Source of the DNA: Nitrosopumilus sp.
GTDB taxonomy: Archaea > Thermoproteota > Nitrososphaeria > Nitrososphaerales > Nitrosopumilaceae
Length of the DNA: 64,000 bases
Direction of reading: 5' to 3'
Assembly: GCA_965249555.1 (NCBI GenBank)
Contig: OZ252243.1
Location: forward strand, 320,001-384,000
Part shown: positions 51,926-61,210 of the stretch, in pieces
Layout of the letters: every line of letters starts with the position of its first letter
Position numbering within the stretch: the first letter of the stretch is position 1
The notes under the pieces: generated by a model
Seen by the model: only the letters and a program-made list of their open reading frames with translations
Database searches by the model: none
What the model was told of the DNA's origin: nothing
Program-made: the position numbers and the translations under genes

Positions 51926-53293
51926 GAGACTTGGGCATAATGATTTACAAAAAAACCAAGACTTTTCTCTAACAACAAAGCATTCTTTTCACAATCCTTG
52001 GATTCCCACTTCCAATTACACAATTATAATACACTGCCAACTGATACACCAGCACGCAAATCAGCACGAATGATTGTACGTTCTCAAATCCTTTCACCGG
52101 AACTGTTCTAATGTTAAACGTATCCTTGATTATCTCAAAGAGTGGTTCAATTGATATTTTTCTCTGAGAATATAATTTCCGACCAACTGCTGAATTGTAA
52201 AACCCTATCAACTTTATTCTGGCTGGCGGCGTAGACGGGTATTTTTTGACCGGACAGATTAATCTCATGGCATTATTCTTAGTTGACTCGTATAGTTTGG
52301 AATCATCATATGCCGGATCACACAGTATGTTATTCATCAATCCAGAAAGTGACCCAATCAATTTCTCATATGGCTTGCTATCATGGACATTTGCAGTAGT
52401 TACACATGCAGATAATGGAACAACCAGTCTTCCCGTACTGCAACTCATGTGTAGTTTGTATCCATACACCCAACCCTTTGATTTGGAGAATCCCCACTTG
52501 GCATTTGTGTCAATTCCTGCAATTGGTAGGTGATTCTTTTTGATGTCTGATTTGTGCCATACTGGACCTGAAGCTTTTAGCATTGAACTATCAACTGATG
52601 CTGATTCACTATTCACCAATCCTTCTGAGACAAACAAATTTCCTACAGTGCTAATAATTTCATTGATTGGCAAGCATTGAAATCTTCTGTCAATTGTCCT
52701 TCTGTCAGGGATTTGGTTTAATCTGCAAACCTTGAGTAATTTGTCATTGGCACATTTGATTGAGAGAAAATAATGCAGTGTGTTGTTACTTGGAATTCTC
52801 ATCCATGACTTTACGATGAATAACTGAACCATCAGAACAGTTGAATAGACATATGGCCGTCCTCGTCTCACTGCATTCTCATACAGATATAGTGTTCCAA
52901 CCAGATACAAAATACTAATAAGAAATGACTCACATAGAATCTTGTCAGGGATTTTTATTTGTTTTGTAATCATTCCAATGAACAAAACATAATGAGATCC
53001 TTGGCTTTTTCTATTTGAATAATTTGAGAAATCGGTTAAAAATTAGAATGGATTATGCTCATCTATGTGGTATTTTGTTTTCCGCTTACTTTGAGTTAGT
53101 CTGTTAAACGCCCTTGTACATGGCAGTATCCATTCAACTCTCAGGCCCAACAGTAGGTATACATCACAAGATATGAAAAAGATTTCGTATAACGTCTGTG
53201 TAATTAAAAGTGAAAATCCAAGGACTGCGAAAAGAATGCTTTGCTGTTAGAGAAAAGTCTTGGTTTTTTTGTAAATCATTATGCCCAAGCCTC
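51926..53293 (-). mobile_element. IS copy 2 (IS982/IS5-like DDE) with extended hybrid end
   Basis: GAGACTTGGGCATAAT..ATTATGCCCAAGCCTC termini; AGTTACAT duplicated at 51918-51925 and 53294-53301. Confidence 0.93.
51969..52985 (-). CDS. DDE transposase, intact
   Basis: SVDSS, GYKLH, CDPAYD, R..IEPLF..IK. Confidence 0.92.
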   Translation of the reverse strand: MFIGMITKQIKIPDKILCESFLISILYLVGTLYLYENAVRRGRPYVYSTVLMVQLFIVKSWMRIPSNNTLHYFLSIKCANDKLLKVCRLNQIPDRRTIDRRFQCLPINEIISTVGNLFVSEGLVNSESASVDSSMLKASGPVWHKSDIKKNHLPIAGIDTNAKWGFSKSKGWVYGYKLHMSCSTGRLVVPLSACVTTANVHDSKPYEKLIGSLSGLMNNILCDPAYDDSKLYESTKNNAMRLICPVKKYPSTPPARIKLIGFYNSAVGRKLYSQRKISIEPLFEIIKDTFNIRTVPVKGFENVQSFVLICVLVYQLAVYYNCVIGSGNPRIVKRMLCC

Positions 53294-54003
53294 AGTTACA
53301 TCATCGCCAGAAGTAATGTCAAACAGTTGTATTAACGGCCAAACGTCTTCATCAATGCCTATCTGTCCGGTGGAATTTGATTGTGTATTAAGTGCAGGTG
53401 CTTCTCGTACAACGTTGTTGATTAATTGATCAGAGGATGAGACTTCTCCCGTACACGTAACAAATGCTTCTTGACCATTAGAGCTAGAAGAGATATCTCT
53501 TGGGATTGCAAATCCAGAAGTTTCCAATAAACTCAATCCAGTTATAGAAGAATCATTACTACACATTTCACCAAAATCTAGACCATATCCTGGAAGCCCT
53601 ACCAATGAATCAGCCTTTTGCACTTGAGTTTTATCTGCAAAATAGCCATACCATTTTCCGTCATCAGATTGAACCATGGCCAGTCTTTGGTCTCCAACTG
53701 TCACATCCGGTTCTTGTCGAGAACTAGTTAAATCTGAAATGTCAGAATCATCAACTATCACTTCAATGACCATAGGACCTGCAAAATAATTTTCAAATAA
53801 TGTATTTTCTGCTGAAACATAAAGATTGGGATTTGACTGTGCATAAGATACAGATGCAAAAGAAACAAGAGAAAGTAGGAACGTCATAAATAAAGTAAAT
53901 AAAACATAATTTTTCACAATACTATACAAAATAGGATCTTCATAAGTCATTCAATCCTTAGGAATTTGAACTGAGTTAAATAATTGACAAAGAAACAAAA
54001 TCT

Positions 54004-55140
54004 GTGAACTTTGATGCTGTAATTGCTGGTGGAAGTGTTGCAGGACTATTATGTGCAAGAGAAATTGCATCAAATGGATTTTCAGTACTTGTGATTGAAG
54101 AAGATCATGAGATTGGGACTCCTGAACATTGTAGCGGATTAGTCAGTATTGCAGGCTTGGAGGAACTAGGAGTAATCCCATTTAGAAAAACTTTTGATCA
54201 TATGATAGAATCAGCTAAAATCACAGCACCAAACGGGAATAGTTTCACAATTAATTCAAAGAAACAAAAAGTAGTTGAAATTAGTCGAAGAGAATTAGAT
54301 AAGCAGATAGCTTTTCAAGCTCAGAAAAATGGGGCAATAATCAAAGTTAGAACAAGTTTCCAAGAAGTTACAGATGCAGGAGTTAGAACGAATGAAGAGA
54401 CAATTGATTGTAAGATTTTTGTTGATGCAAGAGGAGTTTCATCACTAGTACACAAAGATAGAACCGGGATTTTACTATCAGCGCAATACGAAATCTATGC
54501 AAACTGGATAAAGAAAGGAAAAGTAGAAGTAATTTTTGATCAAGAGAAATATCCAGGATTCTTTGCATGGGTAATTCCATCAGGTGAAGGTAAAGGCAAA
54601 GTAGGAGTTGCAGGAAGAGGAATTAACATCTCTGAAACATTAGAGAAAATTCTTGAAGAGAAAGGAAACTATTCAACAATTAGGAAAATTTTTGCTCCAA
54701 TTTGGATAAAAGGTCCCATTGCAAAGTTTGTTGAAGGAAAAACAGTAATTGTTGGAGATGCTGCAGGACAAGCAAAACCAACAACTGCAGGGGGAATATT
54801 TACCAGTGGAATAGGAGGAGTCTATGCAGGACAAGCAATATCCAAGTTTTTGAAAACAGATAACAGATCAGATCTCGAAGAATATCAAAAAAAATGGATG
54901 AATCAATTTGGTAAAGAATTTGAAAAACAGATATTTGCAAGAAAAATTTTAGAGAGAATAGACAACAATACAATCAATAAATTATTTGAATCAATCACAC
55001 CAGAAATTATAAAAGAGATTTCAGAAAAAGATGATTTTGATTTTCATACTGGCTCAATTATAAAATTATTAGGATTGAAAGGTTCGATAAAAACTGCACA
55101 AACCCTAATTGGTGGAGAGCTAAAAAAATTACTTAGCTAA
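54004..55140 (+). CDS. Geranylgeranyl reductase-family FAD oxidoreductase
   Basis: GGSVAG, HCSG, FAWVIP, VGDAAG..KPTTAGGI. Confidence 0.88.
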   Translation: MNFDAVIAGGSVAGLLCAREIASNGFSVLVIEEDHEIGTPEHCSGLVSIAGLEELGVIPFRKTFDHMIESAKITAPNGNSFTINSKKQKVVEISRRELDKQIAFQAQKNGAIIKVRTSFQEVTDAGVRTNEETIDCKIFVDARGVSSLVHKDRTGILLSAQYEIYANWIKKGKVEVIFDQEKYPGFFAWVIPSGEGKGKVGVAGRGINISETLEKILEEKGNYSTIRKIFAPIWIKGPIAKFVEGKTVIVGDAAGQAKPTTAGGIFTSGIGGVYAGQAISKFLKTDNRSDLEEYQKKWMNQFGKEFEKQIFARKILERIDNNTINKLFESITPEIIKEISEKDDFDFHTGSIIKLLGLKGSIKTAQTLIGGELKKLLS

Positions 55141-55169
55141 AATATGCTCAAATTCTAAGGAAGGTATAA

Positions 55170-55373
55170 ATGATGTTTGCAGAAAATCGGGATATGTCAT
55201 CTACTATTTCATTACCAACATGTAGTTGCTGTCGCAGACACATTATGCCTAATGATAAATGTGTAAAATTCAATTGCCCTGATTGTGGTGTTGATTTAAT
55301 TTGGAGATGTCAAAGTTGCAGAGAAGCAGCAAGAAACTATACTTGTTCTTCATGTAATTTTCAGGGACCTTAA
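55170..55373 (+). CDS. Zn-finger protein (DUF1610/HVO_2753-like)
   Basis: F.CP.CG..IWRC..CR..Y.C..C.FQGP; conserved position before ef1b. Confidence 0.88.
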   Translation: MMFAENRDMSSTISLPTCSCCRRHIMPNDKCVKFNCPDCGVDLIWRCQSCREAARNYTCSSCNFQGP

Positions 55374-55377
55374 GAAA

Positions 55378-55659
55378 ATGGCTCAACTGTTGCTAATTAC
55401 AAAAATTCTTCCTAAAGACATGGATGTAGACCTAGACAAATTAGCAGAATCCATCAAGGCCTCACTAAAAGAAGGAATCGCAATGAAGAGACATCTCAAA
55501 GAGCCATTGGCTTTTGGATTAGAATTTCTAAAGGCAGAATTTGTTTTAGAGGATAAAGAAGGACAAATGGATTCATTAGAAAATTCTGTTAAATCAACTG
55601 AGGGCGTCAGTGAATTTGAGGTTCTCAATATGAGTAGAATGTCAGTTGACATGAAATAA
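55378..55659 (+). CDS. ef1b: Translation elongation factor 1-beta
   Basis: EPLAFGL motif; size and gene context. Confidence 0.9.
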   Translation: MAQLLLITKILPKDMDVDLDKLAESIKASLKEGIAMKRHLKEPLAFGLEFLKAEFVLEDKEGQMDSLENSVKSTEGVSEFEVLNMSRMSVDMK

Positions 55660-55667
55660 GTGGTTTT

Positions 55668-57836
55668 TTGGTACGCAAAGAAGAGCCTTTCCAAATGCGA
55701 ATTGGAGAAGCAAAGCAAAGAGATGTAGGTAAAAAACGCGCAAGAATTGGGCCTGAAGCCATGGATTTTCTCAAAGTTACACCAGGTGATGTTATTGAAG
55801 TGATGGGTTCAAGATCTAGTTGTGCAGTTGTTTGGCCAGTTGATGAAGATGAAAAGTTTCCAGACATCATAAGAGTTGATGGACAAACAAGAAAAAATGT
55901 TGGTGGATCACTAAATGATATTGTAAAAATTAGAAAAGTGTTAACAAAGTTTGCAAAAACAGTTTCCCTAATACCCGTAAATGATTCAGTTACAGTTGAC
56001 AAAGAGTTTACGGATTTTGTTAAAAACAGATTGAAAGGACTGCCGATTACTCATGGTGATGAAATTTCTGTAATGATTTTGGGAAATTCAATGGATTTCA
56101 AAATTACAAAGACCACTCCAAAAGGAGTAGTCAAAATTGATCGTTCCACAACTCTTGTCATTTCAACAGGGACTGCAGTTGATAGAAAAGTTCGAGTGAC
56201 ATATGAAGAAGTTGGCGGACTAAGACAAGAAGTTAAGGCAATGAGAGAGATTGTAGAGCTTCCACTAAAACATCCTGAATTGTTTGCAAGATTAGGAATA
56301 GAGCCTCATAGTGGAATTTTACTTTATGGTCCTCCAGGATGTGGGAAAACATTACTTGCAAAAGTTATTGCTAGTGAATCAGAAGCTAACATGTTTCCAA
56401 TTAATGGTCCAGAGATTATGAACAAATATTATGGTGAAACAGAAGCAAAACTAAGAGATATTTTCAAAGAAGCTAAAGACAACTCTCCAAGTATAATTTT
56501 CATTGATGAGATTGATGCAATTGCACCAAAAAGAGAGGAAGCTTATGGTGATGTTGAAAAAAGAGTTGTTGCTCAATTGCTAGCGTTAATGGATGGTCTT
56601 GATGACAGAGGAAATGTCATTGTACTTGGGGCTACAAACAGACCAGACAGTGTTGATCCAGCACTTAGAAGACCAGGTAGATTTGATAGAGAATTTGAGA
56701 TATCAGTACCTAATGACGATGGAAGACTTGAGATTCTTTTAATTCACACTAGAGGAATGCCGTTAAGTGATGATATAGAACTAAAGGACTTGTCAGCAGA
56801 ACTGCACGGATATACAGGTGCAGACATCAAATCACTCTGCAGGGAAGCTGCAATGAAGTCCATCAGAAGATACCTACCAGAAATAGATCTTGAAACAGAG
56901 AAAATTCCTTCTGCAGTATTACAATCAATGCAGATCAAGTTAATTGATTTTTACGATGCAATGCACGAGGTGGTTCCCACAGCAATGAGGGAATTTTATG
57001 TTGAAAGACCAAAAGTATGGTGGAAAGATGTTGGAGGATTAGATGAGATCAAAAAAGCACTAACAGACAATCTCATTGTAGCAATGAAAGAGCCAAAGAA
57101 ATTCACAAAGATGGGCATCAGACCGCCAAGAGGAGCATTGATTTACGGACCTCCAGGATGTGGAAAAACACTTCTTGGACGGGCACTTGCTACTGAAACT
57201 GGGGCAAATATGATTTTAGTTAGAGGTCCTGAAATTCTTTCAAAATGGATCGGAGAGTCTGAAAAAGCTGTTAGAGAGATATTTAGAAAAGCAAAAGCAG
57301 CAGCACCATGTGTAGTAATTTTTGATGAACTAGACTCACTAGCACGGAACAAAACAGGAGACAGTGGAGCAAGTGAAAATGTTCTAAGTCAATTGCTAAC
57401 AGAAATAGAAGAAGGTATTTCTGCACGAGTAGTAGTAATTGGGATTACAAACAGACCAGATATTTTAGATAATTCCTTGCTAAGAACAGGAAGACTAGAT
57501 TTGGTTCTATATGTAGAACCGCCAGATGAGAAAGGACGATTAGAAATTATCAAAATTTTAACAAAGAAGATGCCATTGGTAAATGATGTTAAATTACAAG
57601 AGATTGCAATAGCTACACAAAACTATACTGGCGCTGATTTAGCAGCACTTTGTAGGGAAGCAGCAGTTCTAGCAATGAGAAATAATTCACCAAAAATTTC
57701 AAGTCAAGACTTTGCAAATAGCTTGAAGCAAGTTAGGCCATCCATTACTAAGGAAGTTGATCAATGGTACAACACAGTAAGAGAAAGTATATCTAACGTG
57801 GTACCCAAGTCAGGAGATAAAACATTCTACGGATAA
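55668..57836 (+). CDS. cdc48: CDC48/VCP AAA+ ATPase
   Basis: Two GPPGCGKT Walker A motifs; DEID/DELD; RPGRFD. Confidence 0.95.
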   Translation: MVRKEEPFQMRIGEAKQRDVGKKRARIGPEAMDFLKVTPGDVIEVMGSRSSCAVVWPVDEDEKFPDIIRVDGQTRKNVGGSLNDIVKIRKVLTKFAKTVSLIPVNDSVTVDKEFTDFVKNRLKGLPITHGDEISVMILGNSMDFKITKTTPKGVVKIDRSTTLVISTGTAVDRKVRVTYEEVGGLRQEVKAMREIVELPLKHPELFARLGIEPHSGILLYGPPGCGKTLLAKVIASESEANMFPINGPEIMNKYYGETEAKLRDIFKEAKDNSPSIIFIDEIDAIAPKREEAYGDVEKRVVAQLLALMDGLDDRGNVIVLGATNRPDSVDPALRRPGRFDREFEISVPNDDGRLEILLIHTRGMPLSDDIELKDLSAELHGYTGADIKSLCREAAMKSIRRYLPEIDLETEKIPSAVLQSMQIKLIDFYDAMHEVVPTAMREFYVERPKVWWKDVGGLDEIKKALTDNLIVAMKEPKKFTKMGIRPPRGALIYGPPGCGKTLLGRALATETGANMILVRGPEILSKWIGESEKAVREIFRKAKAAAPCVVIFDELDSLARNKTGDSGASENVLSQLLTEIEEGISARVVVIGITNRPDILDNSLLRTGRLDLVLYVEPPDEKGRLEIIKILTKKMPLVNDVKLQEIAIATQNYTGADLAALCREAAVLAMRNNSPKISSQDFANSLKQVRPSITKEVDQWYNTVRESISNVVPKSGDKTFYG

Positions 57837-57838
57837 AA

Positions 57839-58135
57839 ATGGCAATTCCACCACGAAATACAGTATATGACAAGATTAAGGAAGCAAATTCGCTAACGGA
57901 TGTTGAGCTTTTTAAAATCTTAATAAAAGAAGGACATGCACTTCCTGAAGACAAATTCAACAAGATACTTTTAGATTTAGAGATTCTGGGCCTCATCACT
58001 GTAGTATGGATTACAAAAGAGGAACGGAGAATAGAAGTGGTCGTTGTTGAAAAAGAAGTAGACAAAGTTGAAGAACAAAACAAGGAAATGATGGAAAAAG
58101 ATTACGAAGCAAGTTTCCCAGGTTTTGAAAAATAA
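57839..58135 (+). CDS. Small wHTH-like conserved archaeal protein
   Basis: FNKILLDLEILGLITV; follows cdc48. Confidence 0.7.
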   Translation: MAIPPRNTVYDKIKEANSLTDVELFKILIKEGHALPEDKFNKILLDLEILGLITVVWITKEERRIEVVVVEKEVDKVEEQNKEMMEKDYEASFPGFEK

Positions 58136-58139
58136 TTAT

Positions 58140-59027
58140 TTAGAATAAAGGGATGTGAAATGCTGCATCTAATGCAACTGCTACAAAAATTATTGTAAGA
58201 TAGGGTGCAGTAACTTTGTATGCTTTCCAAGCAAATTCAGATGTAGGATTCTTTGTTAGATTATAGTGGTATACAAGCATCAATCCACCAGAGACTAGGG
58301 CAATTATGGTATAAACAACTCCCATGCCATCTGGAATAAATGATAGTATCAAAGAATATGGAACTAAAATTATCGTGTTTCCTAAAATGAACTTTGATGT
58401 TTTTTGCATACCAATTACAACAGGTAACATTGGAACTCCTGCTTGTTCATATTCATCTTTAATCTTCATTGCAAGACACCAAAAGTGAGAAGGAGTCCAA
58501 ACAAATACCAAGAATCCAACTAAGAATCCTAACAAATCCATACTGCCAGTAGCTGCTGCCCATCCGGCCCATGCAGCTGCACTACCAGCGATTCCTCCAA
58601 TTACAATGTTTGAAGAGTTTAGACGTTTCAGCCAGACTGTGTAAATTATAACATAAGAAAAGATTCCAACGGCAATAAAGAAAGCAGTTACTGCATTTAA
58701 TGCAAAAAATCCATAAATTACAGATATGCAGCTTACAATAACCCCATAAATCAGAACATGAGATGCTGCCATTCGTCCAGAGGGGATAGGTCTGGTACTG
58801 GTTCTCTTCATTTTTGGATCAATGTCTTTGTCATAATAGTGATTTAGTGCACTAGATCCTGCAGATGCTAATGTTCCTGCAATAATTATGTGCAAATACG
58901 ACCAATAATCAAGCTCAGGTACACCATCAACTAGCTTACTTGCGGCATACATGGAAGTTACTGCAGTAATAACCAGAAGAACGACTATCCGGGGTTTGGA
59001 TATCTCCACTATTTCTTTAAATCCCAA
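58140..59027 (-). CDS. cyoE: Protoheme IX farnesyltransferase (heme O synthase)
   Basis: KPRI, N...DKDID..M.RT..RP, YT.WLKR, WTPSHFW. Confidence 0.93.
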   Translation of the reverse strand: MGFKEIVEISKPRIVVLLVITAVTSMYAASKLVDGVPELDYWSYLHIIIAGTLASAGSSALNHYYDKDIDPKMKRTSTRPIPSGRMAASHVLIYGVIVSCISVIYGFFALNAVTAFFIAVGIFSYVIIYTVWLKRLNSSNIVIGGIAGSAAAWAGWAAATGSMDLLGFLVGFLVFVWTPSHFWCLAMKIKDEYEQAGVPMLPVVIGMQKTSKFILGNTIILVPYSLILSFIPDGMGVVYTIIALVSGGLMLVYHYNLTKNPTSEFAWKAYKVTAPYLTIIFVAVALDAAFHIPLF

Positions 59028-59125
59028 TTCATTCTATCCTAGTCCAAAGCCATTTAATTTCTTTGTCTAGACGATCTATAATGTTTCAAAAGGAATAAGT
59101 ATCTCAGCCCTACCAGCTATTTTGA

Positions 59126-60217
59126 ATGAGTAATTGGGACCTCATGATGCCAGGAATGGGATTAACAGCCGTAGGCTTGGCTGGCGTTGTGCTATCTTAT
59201 GCAGGTATTGCACATACATTCATTGATGGTTTGCATGCCCTAAGCGGACTTGTCATGTTTGTAGGAATGATTTTCTTAGCAACAGGTATCTTAGATGGAG
59301 GTATTTCAACTAGTAATAGAGCCAAGGCAACAACTTTGGTAGTTTTAGGAATTTCATTATCATTTGGAATGTATGCTTTAGCAATTAACAATACATCGGC
59401 ATTTACAGTTACACTAGCAGGACTTTTAATGGCAATTGCATTCCCAGCAATTATCATAGCATATCTTGCAATGAAGCATCCAGCTATAGTAAAACCAGTT
59501 GGTTCCATTGTTGCAATGGCAGTAGCAACAGGAATTATCATGTGGTTTTCATTTGGATTTGTAAGTCCGGACACATACATGGTTCCACAACAAGTTGAAG
59601 TTGAAGAACATGTTGAAGTTGCATCAACAGGACCAATCTTTGCAATTCAAATTTTAAAAGATTCATTTGAAGAAGGAAATCCAGATTACACGCCAGATGT
59701 GGCAGTTGTTACGCAAGGATATACAGTTGAATGGACAAATGAAGATACAGTAACACACACAGTAACTAGTGCAGTAGACTTTGGAGAAACATTTGATTCG
59801 GGTTTAATGAGTGCAGGTGATGTCTTTAGTTTGGATACAACTAATTTAGCAGCAGGAGAATATGAATATTTGTGTATTGTACATCCTTGGATGGTTGCAA
59901 CATTAGTTATTGAAGAACCAAAAGAACCAGTCAAGGTAGGAATTCCAGAAGGAGCGGGAATTCCAGAAGATGGACAAATCTATTTTGATCCTCAAGTAAT
60001 TGATGTTACAGTTGGAACAACAGTAGTATGGGAAAATCTAGATAGCACAGTACATACTGCAACTTCAGGTGATCCGGCAGGAGGAGTAAATGGATTATTT
60101 GATTCAGAAATGATGGCAGCAGGTGACAAGTATGAATTTACATTTACTAAAGTAGGGAATCAGGATTATTATTGTACATTTCATCCATGGATGCTTGGAA
60201 CTGTTAACGTAGAATAG
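59126..60217 (+). CDS. Membrane protein with two cupredoxin (blue copper) domains
   Basis: TM N-half; HTVTS/HTATS and C-x2-HPWM twice. Confidence 0.9.
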   Translation: MSNWDLMMPGMGLTAVGLAGVVLSYAGIAHTFIDGLHALSGLVMFVGMIFLATGILDGGISTSNRAKATTLVVLGISLSFGMYALAINNTSAFTVTLAGLLMAIAFPAIIIAYLAMKHPAIVKPVGSIVAMAVATGIIMWFSFGFVSPDTYMVPQQVEVEEHVEVASTGPIFAIQILKDSFEEGNPDYTPDVAVVTQGYTVEWTNEDTVTHTVTSAVDFGETFDSGLMSAGDVFSLDTTNLAAGEYEYLCIVHPWMVATLVIEEPKEPVKVGIPEGAGIPEDGQIYFDPQVIDVTVGTTVVWENLDSTVHTATSGDPAGGVNGLFDSEMMAAGDKYEFTFTKVGNQDYYCTFHPWMLGTVNVE

Positions 60218-60219
60218 AG

Positions 60220-60612
60220 TTGCAGAAAATCATTTTATCAGAATCAGATAAAAAAATTCTAACTAAACACGCAGAAAATGAAAAACCCAATGAATCATGT
60301 GCCATACTATTTGGAAAAGGTAATCTTGTTTCTGAAGTATTTTTAACTAAAAACATTGACGAGTCATCAGTAAATTTTACAATCTCAAATGAACAACTAA
60401 TTGAAGGATACAAGATTGCAGAAGAGAAAAAGACAGAAGTGATCGGTATATTTCATTCTCATCCTAATTCAGAGGCGTACCCATCAAATACAGACAAAAA
60501 ATTCATGCATAGTAATCCTGTGGTATGGGTAATTTACTCTGGCATCAACAAGGATTTCAAAGCATACTTGCTTGAATCAGATATCATAGAAATTTCAATT
60601 GAAGAAAGGTAA
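60220..60612 (+). CDS. JAMM/MPN+ (M67) metallopeptidase
   Basis: PNESC, HSHP..PS..D. Confidence 0.92.
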   Translation: MQKIILSESDKKILTKHAENEKPNESCAILFGKGNLVSEVFLTKNIDESSVNFTISNEQLIEGYKIAEEKKTEVIGIFHSHPNSEAYPSNTDKKFMHSNPVVWVIYSGINKDFKAYLLESDIIEISIEER

Positions 60613-60695
60613 TTCAAGGTTTTGATCTGTAGTTTATTTTCGAGAGTTTAAAAAAAGATGCCTGAAAAAGTGTTTTGAATTAAATATCCCTTTTT

Positions 60696-60965
60696 TTGAC
60701 CATAATTATGGAAATTCACGTATATGATACCTATGTCAAAGCAGCAGATGGCCATACCATGCACTTTGATGTTATCACTGGTGAAAAAGATCACGATAAA
60801 GCCATCACATATGGCAAAGAGTGGTTAAAGTCAGTTAATGAGGAAAATGCAGAGATGACAACAAACGAGTGTCAATTCTGCCACTCACAAAACGCACCAG
60901 AGCCTGTAGAGCAGGCAATTAAGGAAAAAGGCTACTTTATCCAAAAAATGGAAGGCTGTCCTTAA
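60696..60965 (+). CDS. DUF2024-family protein
   Basis: VYDTYV..MHFDV..CQFCHS..MEGC. Confidence 0.8.
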   Translation: MTIIMEIHVYDTYVKAADGHTMHFDVITGEKDHDKAITYGKEWLKSVNEENAEMTTNECQFCHSQNAPEPVEQAIKEKGYFIQKMEGCP

Positions 60966-61021
60966 ACACTTTTTTTTCTTTTTCCAAAAGCTATATTTTT
61001 TAGATTAATAATAAAAACAAC

Positions 61022-61210
61022 ATGTCAGATCACAAGTACTCAAAATGGACTATAGAAGGTGACAAAAAAACAAAATGGATTTGCGGTTGTTTTCTAACAG
61101 TAGATGACTATTTCAAATTCTGCGATGCTCATAATGAAACTTTGAAGAAAGCAATTCAAGCTCAGGTTGATGAATTAGATATGACTCTGCTTGTTGAAGA
61201 TAAAGATTAG
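61022..61210 (+). CDS. Small hypothetical protein
   Basis: WICGC..FCDAH, possible metal site. Confidence 0.6.
   Translation: MSDHKYSKWTIEGDKKTKWICGCFLTVDDYFKFCDAHNETLKKAIQAQVDELDMTLLVEDKD

Larger units (their letters stand above)
49908..53950 (-). pseudogene. S-layer (SlaA-like) / Ig-domain surface protein interrupted by IS
   Basis: NLYVSAEN..GPMVIEV, LNIDPTDEDSWT resemble the Nitrosopumilus S-layer protein; removing the IS plus one TSD restores SGDDVT-VNYDR in frame (888 aa). Confidence 0.85.
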
